Shown: positions 40,554 through 51,335, counted from the stretch's first letter. The stretch is 64,000 nucleotides of DNA from a bacterium (GCA_963662285.2 CAXXMV010000002.1:160001-224000); one strand, 5' to 3'. Made by a program: numbers and translations. Notes: generated by a model from the letters alone, not told the origin.

Positions 40554-40792
40554 TACAAATCTAATCAGAAGGATATTTATAGCAGCCTTTTTCACTTATT
40601 CAAGCAGGTTGATTTTATAAATCATGATTTTGATGAGAAAAAAGAATTAAAAATGAATAATCTATGAATTATTATTCTTTTTTGGCGTGAAAAAAGATTA
40701 TTTAAGGCGCTTATGTCTTTCGTAAATCCAAGTCTATTCAATTAGGTAGAAATACCCTTGATTAATTTTTCTTGGTGGGGGAGGAGTTTTTT

Positions 40793-41386
40793 TTATGTTT
40801 CATTGATTACATCGAAAAGTGTGTCCTGTCCTTTTTCTTTATCGACCCTTTCGACTTTTTCAATCTTTTTTTGTTCGTTCTTTAAGTCTTCTTCATAGCG
40901 TTTTTTTTCAAAATCTATCCAATACCCATCTGGAGTTAGTATTCTTAGGTTTTCATCATTATCTAATTTAATTTGATTATCTAGATCTAATAATGGAGTT
41001 TTGTTTTTTTTGCTTTTCCCGTCTGTGGTTATTAAATATTTGCATTTATTTATAATAGCTGTTGCTACGTGGATAGAATCCGCAAAAGAAACATTGTTGC
41101 TATTACAGATATCTTGCGCCTTAAATGCAATTAAAAAATCGAGTGGTATTCGCCGATAATATGATTGATCCAAATAGCTTCTTATTAAATCAATATCTTC
41201 TCTTTTAGGATCCGCTTGTAATTTATAATATTCAACATATGTAATCAGGGATGTAACGATATAATATTCAGACTTTCTTGCCAATTCCTCAAACAGCAAT
41301 ATTGAATCCTTCTCACCACTTTGATCAAGTAAATGTATAAATATGCATGTGTCCCAATAGATGCGGTCTCTAGGTTTCTTCACCAT
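40793..41386 (-). CDS. PIN-domain (VapC-like) ribonuclease
   Basis: IYWDTCIFI, TS.IT.VE, ADSIHVATA and LITTD, which supply the PIN acidic residues. Confidence 0.85.
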   Translation of the reverse strand: MVKKPRDRIYWDTCIFIHLLDQSGEKDSILLFEELARKSEYYIVTSLITYVEYYKLQADPKREDIDLIRSYLDQSYYRRIPLDFLIAFKAQDICNSNNVSFADSIHVATAIINKCKYLITTDGKSKKNKTPLLDLDNQIKLDNDENLRILTPDGYWIDFEKKRYEEDLKNEQKKIEKVERVDKEKGQDTLFDVINET

Positions 41387-42170
41387 AGTTTAGTCTTTCT
41401 AAATATTCATTGGCGTCAATGCCGCCAGTAATATTTAAATGTTTTAACTGTTCGATTGTGGGTAGATTGTCATCTGTAGGTAAAATATCAATTTTCTTGA
41501 CATAAATAGACTGTAATTTATATGCATTATTATATTTGGCTTCGCCGGTAATGAAGACACGTTTTCCTAAGGCCATTTTGGCTTCTTCAAATTGTTGTGC
41601 GGGTATTGTGCATTTAACGGCCTCATCAGTTAATAAATCAAAGACCTTAAATTCATATTTGCCATGAACATCTGCAAAATCGAGCATCCCCTCAATCGTC
41701 GTCCAGGTTAGGTGTTGCTTCGTTATGCTCTTAGTTATCAAATCGGCGTTTGCGGCTACATGTTGCGTAGGTTTTATGGGAACATCTTCATTGGTAATCA
41801 ACTCAATATCCTCTATCCCATTATTTAAAGGTTTCACAAGTTCTTTTGCATAGCGAATAGTGTTTATATCAAAATATTCAGGCATATCTGCAACATCTTC
41901 AAGTCTTCTTATACCATTAACACTAGCGTTAATTATCTTGCTTCCAATATCTTGGTTAAATCGTTCGCCTGTGTCTAATGTAATTTCAAGTGGACTTTCC
42001 ATTTTCACATAAACAATCCTCCAATTTAGAAAATCGTTAGTATCGTTGATTTTTTCAGCGACTGAATTCAATACTTTTATTGCTTCATTTACTGTTTTCA
42101 TGAACGATTTCACAGAAAGATTATCTGCTTTTGCCGTCATTCTTATAGTTAATTCGTTATTTTTCAGCAT
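41370..42170 (-). CDS. uncharacterised protein coupled to the PIN gene (putative large antitoxin or sensor)
   Basis: 266 aa with a 17-bp overlap with the PIN gene; beta-rich C-terminal half and a VapB-like tail ITGGIDANEYLERL. Confidence 0.7.
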   Translation of the reverse strand: MLKNNELTIRMTAKADNLSVKSFMKTVNEAIKVLNSVAEKINDTNDFLNWRIVYVKMESPLEITLDTGERFNQDIGSKIINASVNGIRRLEDVADMPEYFDINTIRYAKELVKPLNNGIEDIELITNEDVPIKPTQHVAANADLITKSITKQHLTWTTIEGMLDFADVHGKYEFKVFDLLTDEAVKCTIPAQQFEEAKMALGKRVFITGEAKYNNAYKLQSIYVKKIDILPTDDNLPTIEQLKHLNITGGIDANEYLERLNYGEET

Positions 42171-42414
42171 TATTTCCTACATTCTGTCTATAGAAGTTCT
42201 TGTCAAATTCTATAGAAAACCAAAATTCATTGTCTACATTCTAGTACATTTGTTCATCTTTGTATAGTAATTTCTTGCCGATTCTCGACTATGATTTTAT
42301 GGTGGTTTTCATTATAACTTCCTGGTTCGCGATTCGAAAAGCCATAAAAGATGGGCTTTTGCGAATACTAAACATGATAATGAATGAAAAAAGTTTTTTA
42401 ACTTTTTGATTTAA

Positions 42415-44925
42415 TTACAAGTTTTCAAGGATTTTCCAGAGTCTAAGATTATCCATCAGGATAGATGAGTAAAAACCTGCTCCGCCATGTTGTAGTAAGA
42501 TAATTGGATCCAATGCGGAATTTAGCGTCGCCATGTTACCGCCAATAATCATTTGTCTGGTTGTCTGCTTAAAAGGCAGGTTGACGGCATTTTCAAATAT
42601 AACGAAAGTATGCTTGCCGTTGCCTATGGCGAAAGCCATATTGCCTCCTTCGCCAAAATCCCGGCCGGTAAATATTTCGGCGATAAAGTTTGTCGGGAGT
42701 TGTTCTGTGGCGTTGGGGATGGTCACGGCGGCGCTGGCGGCGGTTTCATCGGGATCAACGGATAGTTTCAGGACGCGATTGGAGTTATGGAGAGAAATGA
42801 ATTGGATGCTCCCATCAACGCCATTAATGTTGGTTTTTAAGTTGCTTAAATCACCGTTAAAATCGCCTACGGGATCAATTATGGTAGAAGCGGATTCGAT
42901 TTCACCACTTTCTAATTCATCAATGATTGTGATGGGAGATGCTTTAAGGTTATCGAATACCAGCATGATCTCCCTTGTGGCGCTGGCAAGGTTTGCTACC
43001 TGTAGAGCTACTTGAAACCTTGGACTCTGCGGCATGTAGAAAAGATTTAGCTTATTTCCCGTTCCAGGTGAAAAAGCTTTATCCATAGCAAGATGATAGG
43101 CTAGTTGACCATCGATGGGGTAATTTAACCCGATTAGCGCAAATGAAGGATTTCCCTCGCCCGGCAAGACAGACACAGATAAAAATAGGTTTTTGCTGTT
43201 TGTGGAAAATATATCTTTTGAAACCAGAAACGCCGCTTCTCCCGGTTGAGCATTAACTACGAGTGAATTGCCATCAAATAAATTTACCTGCGGCGCCGCC
43301 GAAATGGATACAGTAGCCGGTTTGAAGCCCGGAGGCGTCAATACATCGAAAGTATTCTGGATAGTCAGGTTTTTATCGAAATCTAATTGTAATATTGTCG
43401 GCATCGGCGTTGGCGTGTGGGTGGCCGTTGGCGTTGGCGTAAAAGTCGGTGTTGGGGTGACTGGCAGGGGCGTTGCCGTCGCTGTGTAAGTTGCAGTCGG
43501 GGTGGGAGTAGGCGTAAAATTCGGATTAGGAGTCGGTGTTCTGTTCGGGATGCCTGAATTGTGAACGCCGATGAAATCAATTTCAAAGACGTTAGGAATA
43601 AAGCCGGGGTCTATTCTAATTGTCTTTATGTACTTAGGGTTGGGAAACAAGTTTCCGAAATCAACAGCTTGGGTAATAAAATCGGACTTATCAGGATCTT
43701 TTAGGGTTTTTGGACCGGTAAAGGCGCCATCTTTGGTTATAAAAAAAATATCGATTGGATTGGCGGCGGCCATAAAACTGCGAATAACTAATTTATGCTG
43801 TGAAAAAGTATCAATATTTAGACTGGAATTGAGCAGGATAGGATCATTTCCAGTAATCACGCCTTTCAAAACGCCATCTTCGACTTTTAGATAATCAATA
43901 TCTTTTATCGATGTCCAATTTTCAAAATCCCCATCATTTTCAAAATCAAAAAGTGGAGACATCGCCGCATCAACATCAATGACCAGATTATCATAAACCT
44001 CGGTAAATGAGTCGCTCGCCGAAACAATAAGATTATAACTTTCCCGGTATTGCTCTAATTTCGGAGTGAATGAAAAACGCCCGCTGGCAGAGTCAAACGT
44101 ACTGTTGGGCGGAAGTTGATTAATGCTATAAGCTAGTGGATCATTGTCTTTATCGGTAGCAAACGCCAATAGATTAAACGTCTGTCCAACCTGCACAATC
44201 TGGTCATCAGACGGAATAAGTACTAATTCTGGAGGACGATTGTCATTTAAGACCTGAATTGTCCTTGAAACAGAAACAATTTCATGGCCATCAGAGACTT
44301 TGAAAAGAACCGGGTAATCGCCAGCCTGAGTATGATCCGGTTTGAAGAGAATCTCGCCGTTATCTTTATTAATGACCATATTCTCAAGTATTGGATCAAT
44401 GCTGAAAGTCAATACATTATCTTCATCCGGATCAATCGCGATTATATTTATCGTAACGGACTCGTTTTCTTTGACAATTAATGTCCCGGGAAAACTTAAA
44501 TAGATTTCAGGAATCCGGTTAAGGTCGAGAACCTTAATAATGGCGGTTTCAGTTAGTCTTTCTTTTCCATTACGCGCTGAAAAGTTGAGTTCATATTCAC
44601 CCGATTGAACATAATCGGGGATAAAATTATAAATTCCTGTTAATGGATCTAATACGGCATTATCTAAAGAAGGATTGACGGAATAGACATAACTGCCTGG
44701 AGAAGGATTATCGACAGTAAGCCGTAGAATTATTGGCTCATTTTCTGTAATGGTTATAGATTGGGGATCTATTCTGAGCGCCGGTTCAGAAAAAGGAATC
44801 AATATATTCAATAGCAACGGGTGGATGCTGGCCGCGTAAATTACTGGATTCACCAAGGTAAATCCGATAAGCAATAGGCAATAACGCCAAATCTTGATCC
44901 CCACGAAAATCCTCCATCTTATCAA
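42415..44925 (-). CDS. secreted/surface protein with tandem Ig/cadherin-like repeats and a Pro-Thr linker
   Basis: Repeated NR.P...A.D.D.D.L.(F/Y)S...TG.F.F.P units; (TP)n linker. Confidence 0.75.
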   Translation of the reverse strand: MIRWRIFVGIKIWRYCLLLIGFTLVNPVIYAASIHPLLLNILIPFSEPALRIDPQSITITENEPIILRLTVDNPSPGSYVYSVNPSLDNAVLDPLTGIYNFIPDYVQSGEYELNFSARNGKERLTETAIIKVLDLNRIPEIYLSFPGTLIVKENESVTINIIAIDPDEDNVLTFSIDPILENMVINKDNGEILFKPDHTQAGDYPVLFKVSDGHEIVSVSRTIQVLNDNRPPELVLIPSDDQIVQVGQTFNLLAFATDKDNDPLAYSINQLPPNSTFDSASGRFSFTPKLEQYRESYNLIVSASDSFTEVYDNLVIDVDAAMSPLFDFENDGDFENWTSIKDIDYLKVEDGVLKGVITGNDPILLNSSLNIDTFSQHKLVIRSFMAAANPIDIFFITKDGAFTGPKTLKDPDKSDFITQAVDFGNLFPNPKYIKTIRIDPGFIPNVFEIDFIGVHNSGIPNRTPTPNPNFTPTPTPTATYTATATPLPVTPTPTFTPTPTATHTPTPMPTILQLDFDKNLTIQNTFDVLTPPGFKPATVSISAAPQVNLFDGNSLVVNAQPGEAAFLVSKDIFSTNSKNLFLSVSVLPGEGNPSFALIGLNYPIDGQLAYHLAMDKAFSPGTGNKLNLFYMPQSPRFQVALQVANLASATREIMLVFDNLKASPITIIDELESGEIESASTIIDPVGDFNGDLSNLKTNINGVDGSIQFISLHNSNRVLKLSVDPDETAASAAVTIPNATEQLPTNFIAEIFTGRDFGEGGNMAFAIGNGKHTFVIFENAVNLPFKQTTRQMIIGGNMATLNSALDPIILLQHGGAGFYSSILMDNLRLWKILENL

Positions 44926-45230
44926 TTGATCTTTATTTCTTTTCCATTATAAAATCAGACAAGTTATATTACAGGATATTATGAATTATTATTAGAATAA
45001 TTATTCATCCACTATATGTTTATATAATAGTATCTTTAGTGAGGTTGAATTTTTACATAATAAACGACCGGCAATTTCTGTATATTTTCTCTACAAACTT
45101 TTTCTTGAAAAAAATGGGAGAAAACAGTTTGTTTCATTGAGAATCAGCTAGAGTTTTGCTAGCGTATGTTATATGTTTGTTTTTAATAGATGTTATTTTC
45201 TGTTGTCTCTTTGATATGGGAAAAATATTC

Positions 45231-45575
45231 ATGAAAAACAGTGTTTTAATTAAGGTTATTTCGAAATCTACTCAACTTACTCAACGCAATTGCGAGCAAG
45301 TTCTTTCAATTGCTATTGATATGATTACCAATGCGCTTTCTGAAGGGAAATCCATCAAAATACATGAGTTTGGTTCATTTTCACTTCGTAATCATGCAGT
45401 AGAAAAACCCAATAACAATGGTAATCCCTCTTCCCATCAAACGCCAAAAGAGGCCATTTTCAATCCCGGAAAATCTTTTCGGGATGCGGTTAAAAAAAAT
45501 CATTTTCATGAGAAAGATAGCAGAAATAAAAGTTTGCAGCATTTTCCAGCCAAAAAATCAAGCAAACTGCTGTAA
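45231..45575 (+). CDS. HU/IHF-family DNA-binding protein (divergent)
   Basis: ALSEGKSIKIHEFGSFSLR...F.PGKSFRDAV; start probably ATG at 45231. Confidence 0.8.
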   Translation: MKNSVLIKVISKSTQLTQRNCEQVLSIAIDMITNALSEGKSIKIHEFGSFSLRNHAVEKPNNNGNPSSHQTPKEAIFNPGKSFRDAVKKNHFHEKDSRNKSLQHFPAKKSSKLL

Positions 45576-46577
45576 CGCCCGTTCTCTCATGGCATCTTCA
45601 TGGTTGAATAACGGAATATGAAGACCGGCAATGGACTTATAACTTTTTTCTTCAAGAGCATGAAGCCAGTGGCATAAAGCCCAGTTTCTCAGAGCTGACA
45701 AACCTTCCCAAAATAAAATGCTTCCTAATGTAATTTGACTATACTGCGCATAGCTGGCGGTGAATTGATTGGCCAGGCTGCGGTCTTTTCCTAACTGCAA
45801 TGACAGGGCGGTATGAGCCACATCCCATCTTGGATCGCCAAATGCGGCATGTTCCCAATCGGTTATGGTTCTGATTTTACCATTTTTCATTAGGATATGA
45901 TCCAGGTCGAATTGACCATGCAATAAAACATTGGGCAAAGGTTCAATAGTGCTGAGTTCTCTTCGGCATGCATCAAAACAGCGTTGTAGTTCATCACTCA
46001 TATTTTTCGAAAGACGAATCATGAGTTCTCTAACTACCTGGTCGGTTTTTACCGTTGGAATAAGTGGATGCCGGGCAGTAACGGCATAGTGCAATCTGGC
46101 CAGTTCTTCAGCTAGTAAATTCACCGTTTCGCCCTGCATCTGGCGTAAACTGTCTTCTATTTCCCACCAGCGCTGACCATCGCCGGGATCATGCAACAGG
46201 TATGGTTTGCCGAAAGGTTTGTCTGATGTGGTGAATCCATAAGGAAACGGGGCGGGCGTCCCCGCCTGATAAGCATGAAGCATCGCGCTGTATTCACGCG
46301 CTGGTTTGATGCGGTCCGCCAGATTCCATAATGAGAAAAGCCCATAATGAAGACGCAGAACCAGACGAATTTCCGTATCGCGGGATTGTAGAAAAAATTC
46401 ATAATCGCGATGCGGATTAACGCGATGAACTCGTGGTTTAAGTGAGTGAATACTCAGAGATGCTTCGTTGGGGAAGGCGTTCCTGCATACAGACATGAGG
46501 GCGTCTTCCAACCAATCAAAAGTCCTGAATTTTTGCGGATTTTCCTGATTCACTTTATTGTTATGTTGTTTCATCAA
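45558..46577 (-). CDS. aminoglycoside phosphotransferase-family (APH-like) protein
   Basis: LARLH, LLHGQFDLDHIL, ITDWEHA..GDPRWD. Confidence 0.75.
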   Translation of the reverse strand: MMKQHNNKVNQENPQKFRTFDWLEDALMSVCRNAFPNEASLSIHSLKPRVHRVNPHRDYEFFLQSRDTEIRLVLRLHYGLFSLWNLADRIKPAREYSAMLHAYQAGTPAPFPYGFTTSDKPFGKPYLLHDPGDGQRWWEIEDSLRQMQGETVNLLAEELARLHYAVTARHPLIPTVKTDQVVRELMIRLSKNMSDELQRCFDACRRELSTIEPLPNVLLHGQFDLDHILMKNGKIRTITDWEHAAFGDPRWDVAHTALSLQLGKDRSLANQFTASYAQYSQITLGSILFWEGLSALRNWALCHWLHALEEKSYKSIAGLHIPLFNHEDAMRERALQQFA

Positions 46578-46683
46578 ATTTTTATTATTGAGTAATCATA
46601 AGTTATTAACGGTCAGACAGCAATCATTTTTAATGCAAACTTCTCTAAACCATAGACCTTTTATCTATTTTGGTTTAGAGAAG

Positions 46684-47595
46684 TCAAACCAAAATATTCA
46701 AAGCTGCGGGCAGCATGTCAACCTTAAAATGCCGGCCTTCAAGTATTTCGCCATCAATCATGAAATAATCAATGTTATCTATCACAATTTCGAAATCTTT
46801 TATTTTATCAAAAACGGCTTTTGGATGCTCAAGATGCTTGCCTGTCGGTAAAGAAAGGAAAAGTTTTAGCAATTGCCAGGCGGAAATATCTTTTGTATAT
46901 AGCAGATCGAAATACTCATCATCAACCAGTGATTGCGGCGACAGGTGCATTTCATAACCGGTATATTGAGAATTGCATACTGCCAATACGGGAGATTGAA
47001 CGGTAATGCCGCCGGTTAGTTCGGAGCTTAATTGCATCATATAAGACTTCATCTTAAAAAGAAGTTTAAGGAACGCCCCGTGATAAGCATATTTACCTAA
47101 CCATGAAAATTGCGTATGACGTAGTTTACATGCGTTGGCGATCAATCCAAAACCGATCATGTTGTGAAAATAAACAGGATTCCCGGACTCTGAATCCAAA
47201 ATATGAACGCATCCGATGTCAACCGGATGAACTTTTCCATCAACAATGCGTTTTACCGCTTCCTGCCATGTTCTGATTCCAAAATCCCGCAAGAAGGAGT
47301 TTCCCGTTCCCATAGGAATAATACCAAGTTTTATATTAGCTGCGCAGCCGCTGAGCATCACGCCGTTAATCACCTCGAATGCTGTTCCATCTCCTCCAAC
47401 AGAACAAATGATCGATTTGCCGGATAATGACAGGTCTTTGGCGATTTCTATGGCATGGCGTGGATGGGTGGTCCAAATAAATTCGGATTTTGTATTATTG
47501 GAATCAAAAAAAGATTGGATTGAATCAACCTGGTTGTGAATTTTGCCTTGAGCGGCTTTAGGATTTGCTATGCAATAAATGGCCTGATTGGTCAT
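46684..47595 (-). CDS. diacylglycerol/lipid kinase family (YegS/DgkB-like)
   Basis: NPKA, GGDGT, IPMGTGNSF, IDGE. Confidence 0.9.
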   Translation of the reverse strand: MTNQAIYCIANPKAAQGKIHNQVDSIQSFFDSNNTKSEFIWTTHPRHAIEIAKDLSLSGKSIICSVGGDGTAFEVINGVMLSGCAANIKLGIIPMGTGNSFLRDFGIRTWQEAVKRIVDGKVHPVDIGCVHILDSESGNPVYFHNMIGFGLIANACKLRHTQFSWLGKYAYHGAFLKLLFKMKSYMMQLSSELTGGITVQSPVLAVCNSQYTGYEMHLSPQSLVDDEYFDLLYTKDISAWQLLKLFLSLPTGKHLEHPKAVFDKIKDFEIVIDNIDYFMIDGEILEGRHFKVDMLPAALNILV

Positions 47596-47822
47596 GTTGA
47601 GTTCCTGATATATAAAATAATATCGTTAAAAAAATTTCACTCGGATCATGTGAGTACGGTTTCGGGTTTACCGAGGACAAAATCACTGGATAATATGATA
47701 TCTCATTTAGAGTGCTTTTCAAAATAACGTTTGGATTCGTGATTCGGAAAAACAGCGCTTTTAATAAGCATGCAGTTTTGTAAACCACTATAATGCGCCG
47801 AATATATCACAAGGCGGCTTGA

Positions 47823-48932
47823 ATGAACATTACAATAGTATCTCTATGGGCGCAAAAATTATTCCGTAAGGAAGAACCACAGCCATTTGGGGGCGCAGAA
47901 CTGCAATTGGTCCTGTTGGCCAGGGAGATGGTTAAATTACCCGGCGTTAATATCCGTTTCATCACTCGCGGCCAGGGATCATGGGAAAAATTTGAATCTG
48001 AAGGCATAGAAGTTCATAAACTGCCCTATCGCATAAATCGCTTTACCCGCAGTATGCTTGGTTTTTGGGATTGCCTTAACTCATGCAGCAAAATACCTTC
48101 GGATGTTTATATTCAGCGGGGGGGGGGATTTGAGACTGGTATTACCGGACATGCCGCTTATAAGACTAATAAACCCTTTTTGTTTATGACTTCAAGCACT
48201 TGGGATGTTGACGGGACGCATGAAAAAGAGCGTGGTTTTCTCTATGGCCGGGCCTATATGCATGGTTTTAACCGGGCTTCATCAATTATCACCCAGACTG
48301 ATCATCAGCACGATCTTTTGATGAAAAACTATAATCGGAGCAGTTTAGTCTTGCGTTCTGCTCATCCTATACCTTCAGTATTGCCTGAAAATAGAGAAGG
48401 CGTGCTCTGGGTCGGGCGCTGTGAACCATGTAAGAATCCAGGATTATTTCTGAACCTGGCTGAAAAGATGCCTGATGTTCCTTGCACCATGGTCTGTCCT
48501 CCAGCCAATCTGGAGGAAATGTTTGAAGAGATTAAAACTAAAGCCGCTTCTATAAACAATTTACGATTTCTGCCAGGAGTTTCTTTCGATGAAACGGAGC
48601 GCTTGTTCGCCAGCCATCGCATAATGGTGAATACCTCGACTCAGGAAGGCTATCCCAATACTTATGTGCAATCATTTAAGTGGGGCGCCCCGGTGGTAAC
48701 CGCCCTTTTCGATCCAGATAGTATAATCGAACGTAATGGTATGGGATTGCGCACCGGAGATGATGTGGAGGCGATGAAGCGGTCTGTGCTTGCGTTGTTG
48801 TCCGATAACGAGCGCTGGGACGCATATAGCCGGAATGCCAGGAATTTTGCGTGTGAACAACACGACGCCAGGAAAATTGCAGCGCAATTATATTCGCATT
48901 TACAAGAAATTATTGAAAGACGCCATCAATGA
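47823..48932 (+). CDS. glycosyltransferase family 4
   Basis: GGAE, WVGR..P.K, TS.QEGYPNTYVQ. Confidence 0.88.
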   Translation: MNITIVSLWAQKLFRKEEPQPFGGAELQLVLLAREMVKLPGVNIRFITRGQGSWEKFESEGIEVHKLPYRINRFTRSMLGFWDCLNSCSKIPSDVYIQRGGGFETGITGHAAYKTNKPFLFMTSSTWDVDGTHEKERGFLYGRAYMHGFNRASSIITQTDHQHDLLMKNYNRSSLVLRSAHPIPSVLPENREGVLWVGRCEPCKNPGLFLNLAEKMPDVPCTMVCPPANLEEMFEEIKTKAASINNLRFLPGVSFDETERLFASHRIMVNTSTQEGYPNTYVQSFKWGAPVVTALFDPDSIIERNGMGLRTGDDVEAMKRSVLALLSDNERWDAYSRNARNFACEQHDARKIAAQLYSHLQEIIERRHQ

Positions 48933-50122
48933 CCATAGAGGATAGTGAAAGAATAAATCCAGAACGGCTTATGGAAGAAGCCCGCAACGCTGCGGCGCAA
49001 GGCTGCTTCGATCAAGTCGAACAATATTTAAGCCGGATTCTTGAAAAAGAAACCTATCACGTTGAAGCAAATTCGCATTTAGCCTGGATTTATTCTCAAC
49101 AGGGTAAGTATGGGCGGTCCTTAACTCATTATGTAAAGTTGTTAATCAGGCGTCCCTGGGTATTGCAGGCCTATCTGAGGACGGCGCAGAGCGGCTGGTT
49201 TCTATGGAGAAGCGTTTTAAGCAGGTTGGAAGAGCGCGTGCCCCTGATTGGCATTATGCGTCGTCTATGGCATGTGATTGTAAGTTACTACGTATTCTTT
49301 CTTGCCAGGAAAATAGAAACCGTGCAGAGGCGTTCGCCAACTATATCAACGTGGATGCGGCATCATAATATTATCTCAAAATATGCCGGGATTAATTCTT
49401 ATGAATATTATAAAGTGCAAGAGATTTCCTTTGCTATTGAATGCATCGAAGGCCAACCCAAAGTGATTTTAGATATGGGTTGCGGGTCATCCGGCTTCCC
49501 GTCATTCTTATCATTACAGGGACATTCGGTAAATACGATAGATTTGGATCATGAAGGTTTATTGGTTCAAAAAAAACTCGCTGATATATTGCCGGATTGT
49601 TGCTTGCATGCTGCAAAGGGAGATTTTTTGAATCTTCCATTTAAGGGGAAATCCTTTGATGCGATCAGTTTAATCTCGTCAATTGAGCATATTCCGGGGG
49701 ATGGGGATATCCAAACAGTAAAAAATTTGGCTGGATTAATGAAAGATAACGGGGATTTGATAATAACCGTTCCTGCCGGTCCATACTATTTTGAGCAATG
49801 GACGTCTCATCAAATCGGGCATATTTATGCGGAATCCGGTTCAAAAAATGACGCCAAAGGTTTTTTGAGAGTTTACGATCCGGCTGCTTTGTCTGAGCGC
49901 TTAATAAAACCGAGTGGATTGAGAGTTGCGCGGCTTTCGTATATTGGCGAAAAAACCCAATGGGGATGGTTGGGATTGGGAAGAAACTTTATAAATGATA
50001 AGGGCGTTATCCAGCCGAGTATATTTCTCGGTCCATTGAGCATGATTTTTTCAAAAGAAATTGAGCAAGACGAATTATCCGATGCTCATTGGTCTGTCGC
50101 CTGTATACACTTAAAAAAATAG
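48929..50122 (+). CDS. class I SAM-dependent methyltransferase with an N-terminal TPR
   Basis: LDMGCG, LPF...SFD, SSIEH, LIITVP; TPR-like helices; 4-bp overlap with the GT4 gene. Confidence 0.8.
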   Translation: MTIEDSERINPERLMEEARNAAAQGCFDQVEQYLSRILEKETYHVEANSHLAWIYSQQGKYGRSLTHYVKLLIRRPWVLQAYLRTAQSGWFLWRSVLSRLEERVPLIGIMRRLWHVIVSYYVFFLARKIETVQRRSPTISTWMRHHNIISKYAGINSYEYYKVQEISFAIECIEGQPKVILDMGCGSSGFPSFLSLQGHSVNTIDLDHEGLLVQKKLADILPDCCLHAAKGDFLNLPFKGKSFDAISLISSIEHIPGDGDIQTVKNLAGLMKDNGDLIITVPAGPYYFEQWTSHQIGHIYAESGSKNDAKGFLRVYDPAALSERLIKPSGLRVARLSYIGEKTQWGWLGLGRNFINDKGVIQPSIFLGPLSMIFSKEIEQDELSDAHWSVACIHLKK

Positions 50123-50302
50123 AAACAAATTCAGCAGAATATTGAATAATTAATAAAATAAAAACGGCGCAAAATAGATGCGCCGTCTCCTCGCTCAACG
50201 TCCTAAACCCTAAATATTCCATAAAGGAAAAAGTAATATGAATATTATGGCGCCATTTTCTTATTTAATCAATTGAAAAGATAATAAATCAATCGAAAAG
50301 AA

Positions 50303-50773
50303 TTAATCTTTATTAAGATCATTAATGGCTTCCGTCATTTTTTGGCGAAACGTGATTAATTTATCCGCTAAATCGGGATTTGATAAAGCCATCATTTGAA
50401 CAGCTAGTATTCCCGCATTATAGGCGCCATCAATGGCCACTGTAGCCACGGGAATCCCTTTGGGCATTTGAACCGTAGCATAAAGCGAATCTGCTCCACC
50501 AAGGGCGGAACCGGATAGCGGTACGCCAATAACGGGTAAGCAGGTTAAGCCAGCAACGCAGCCTGCCAGGTGGGCGGCCATTCCGGCGCCGCAAATGAAT
50601 GCTTGAACTCCCCTTTTGGCGGCGCTATCTATATATTGCTTAACTAATTCTGGAGATCGATGGGCGGATAATATCCTTGTCTCGTAAGATACTCCAAATT
50701 CATTCAAAGCGTTTTCTGCTTGTTTCATTTTTTCTTGATCAGAGGCGCTTCCCATTATAATCGCAATAAACAT
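50303..50773 (-). CDS. purE: N5-carboxyaminoimidazole ribonucleotide mutase
   Basis: IIMGSASD, SAHRSP, AGMAAHL.G, PVIGVP, QMPKGIPVATV. Confidence 0.97.
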   Translation of the reverse strand: MFIAIIMGSASDQEKMKQAENALNEFGVSYETRILSAHRSPELVKQYIDSAAKRGVQAFICGAGMAAHLAGCVAGLTCLPVIGVPLSGSALGGADSLYATVQMPKGIPVATVAIDGAYNAGILAVQMMALSNPDLADKLITFRQKMTEAINDLNKD

Positions 50774-51307
50774 ATTAATTATCCCTGTTAATAACTAGTG
50801 GATTGATTCGTCTTTTTACAATTCTATAGTATTATTTTTAAGTATAAAGCGATAAGAACTAATGCAAGACCAACATATCTTTAATTGTTTATTATATCAT
50901 TATTTCTAACATAAATAATGAATAACAAGGGACTTATATGATATGTTATTAATGCTTTCTTAATATATGCATAAATTAGTAATATAAAATAAAGAGAAAA
51001 AACTATAACAAATATTTGAAAAAAAAGTCAAGTAAGGGTTGTTAATAAATTGTGGATTCGCTGTGCGGAATCTGGAAAAGAAGAGGGTAAGAGCATGATT
51101 AAAGATAAAAAGTAAAATAATTAATTTAAAAAAACAGCAGATTTAACTACGCAAAGTTAATAGATTCAATATATAAGAGAATAATAGCATAAGGTATTAT
51201 AATATTATAAATTATGCTATTCATAGTTTGCATCTAAAAAACATGATAAAATTCATTCTTAATTCATAAAAAAGGAGTTTTCTTGTACTTTTGATAGACA
51301 GACCTTG

Positions 51308-51335
51308 TTGACATCGCCGTATCCCGCAATATAAT
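51308..51335 (+). promoter_or_regulatory. consensus sigma70 promoter for tRNA-Leu
   Basis: TTGACA, 16-bp spacer, TATAAT. Confidence 0.8.

Noticed and set aside
40196-40595. ORFs overlapping the tRNA-Ser genes, and a possible island integrated at tRNA-Ser
   Set aside because: The ORFs are shadows of the tRNAs; no integrase or duplicated tRNA 3' end was found, and the PIN module lies on the 5' side.
42178-42206. Complete sigma70 promoter for the PIN operon
   Set aside because: TTGACA is present, but there is no good -10 hexamer at 16-18 bp spacing, so only the palindromes are reported.
43395-43545. Low-complexity tandem repeat
   Set aside because: It encodes the Pro-Thr linker of the secreted protein.
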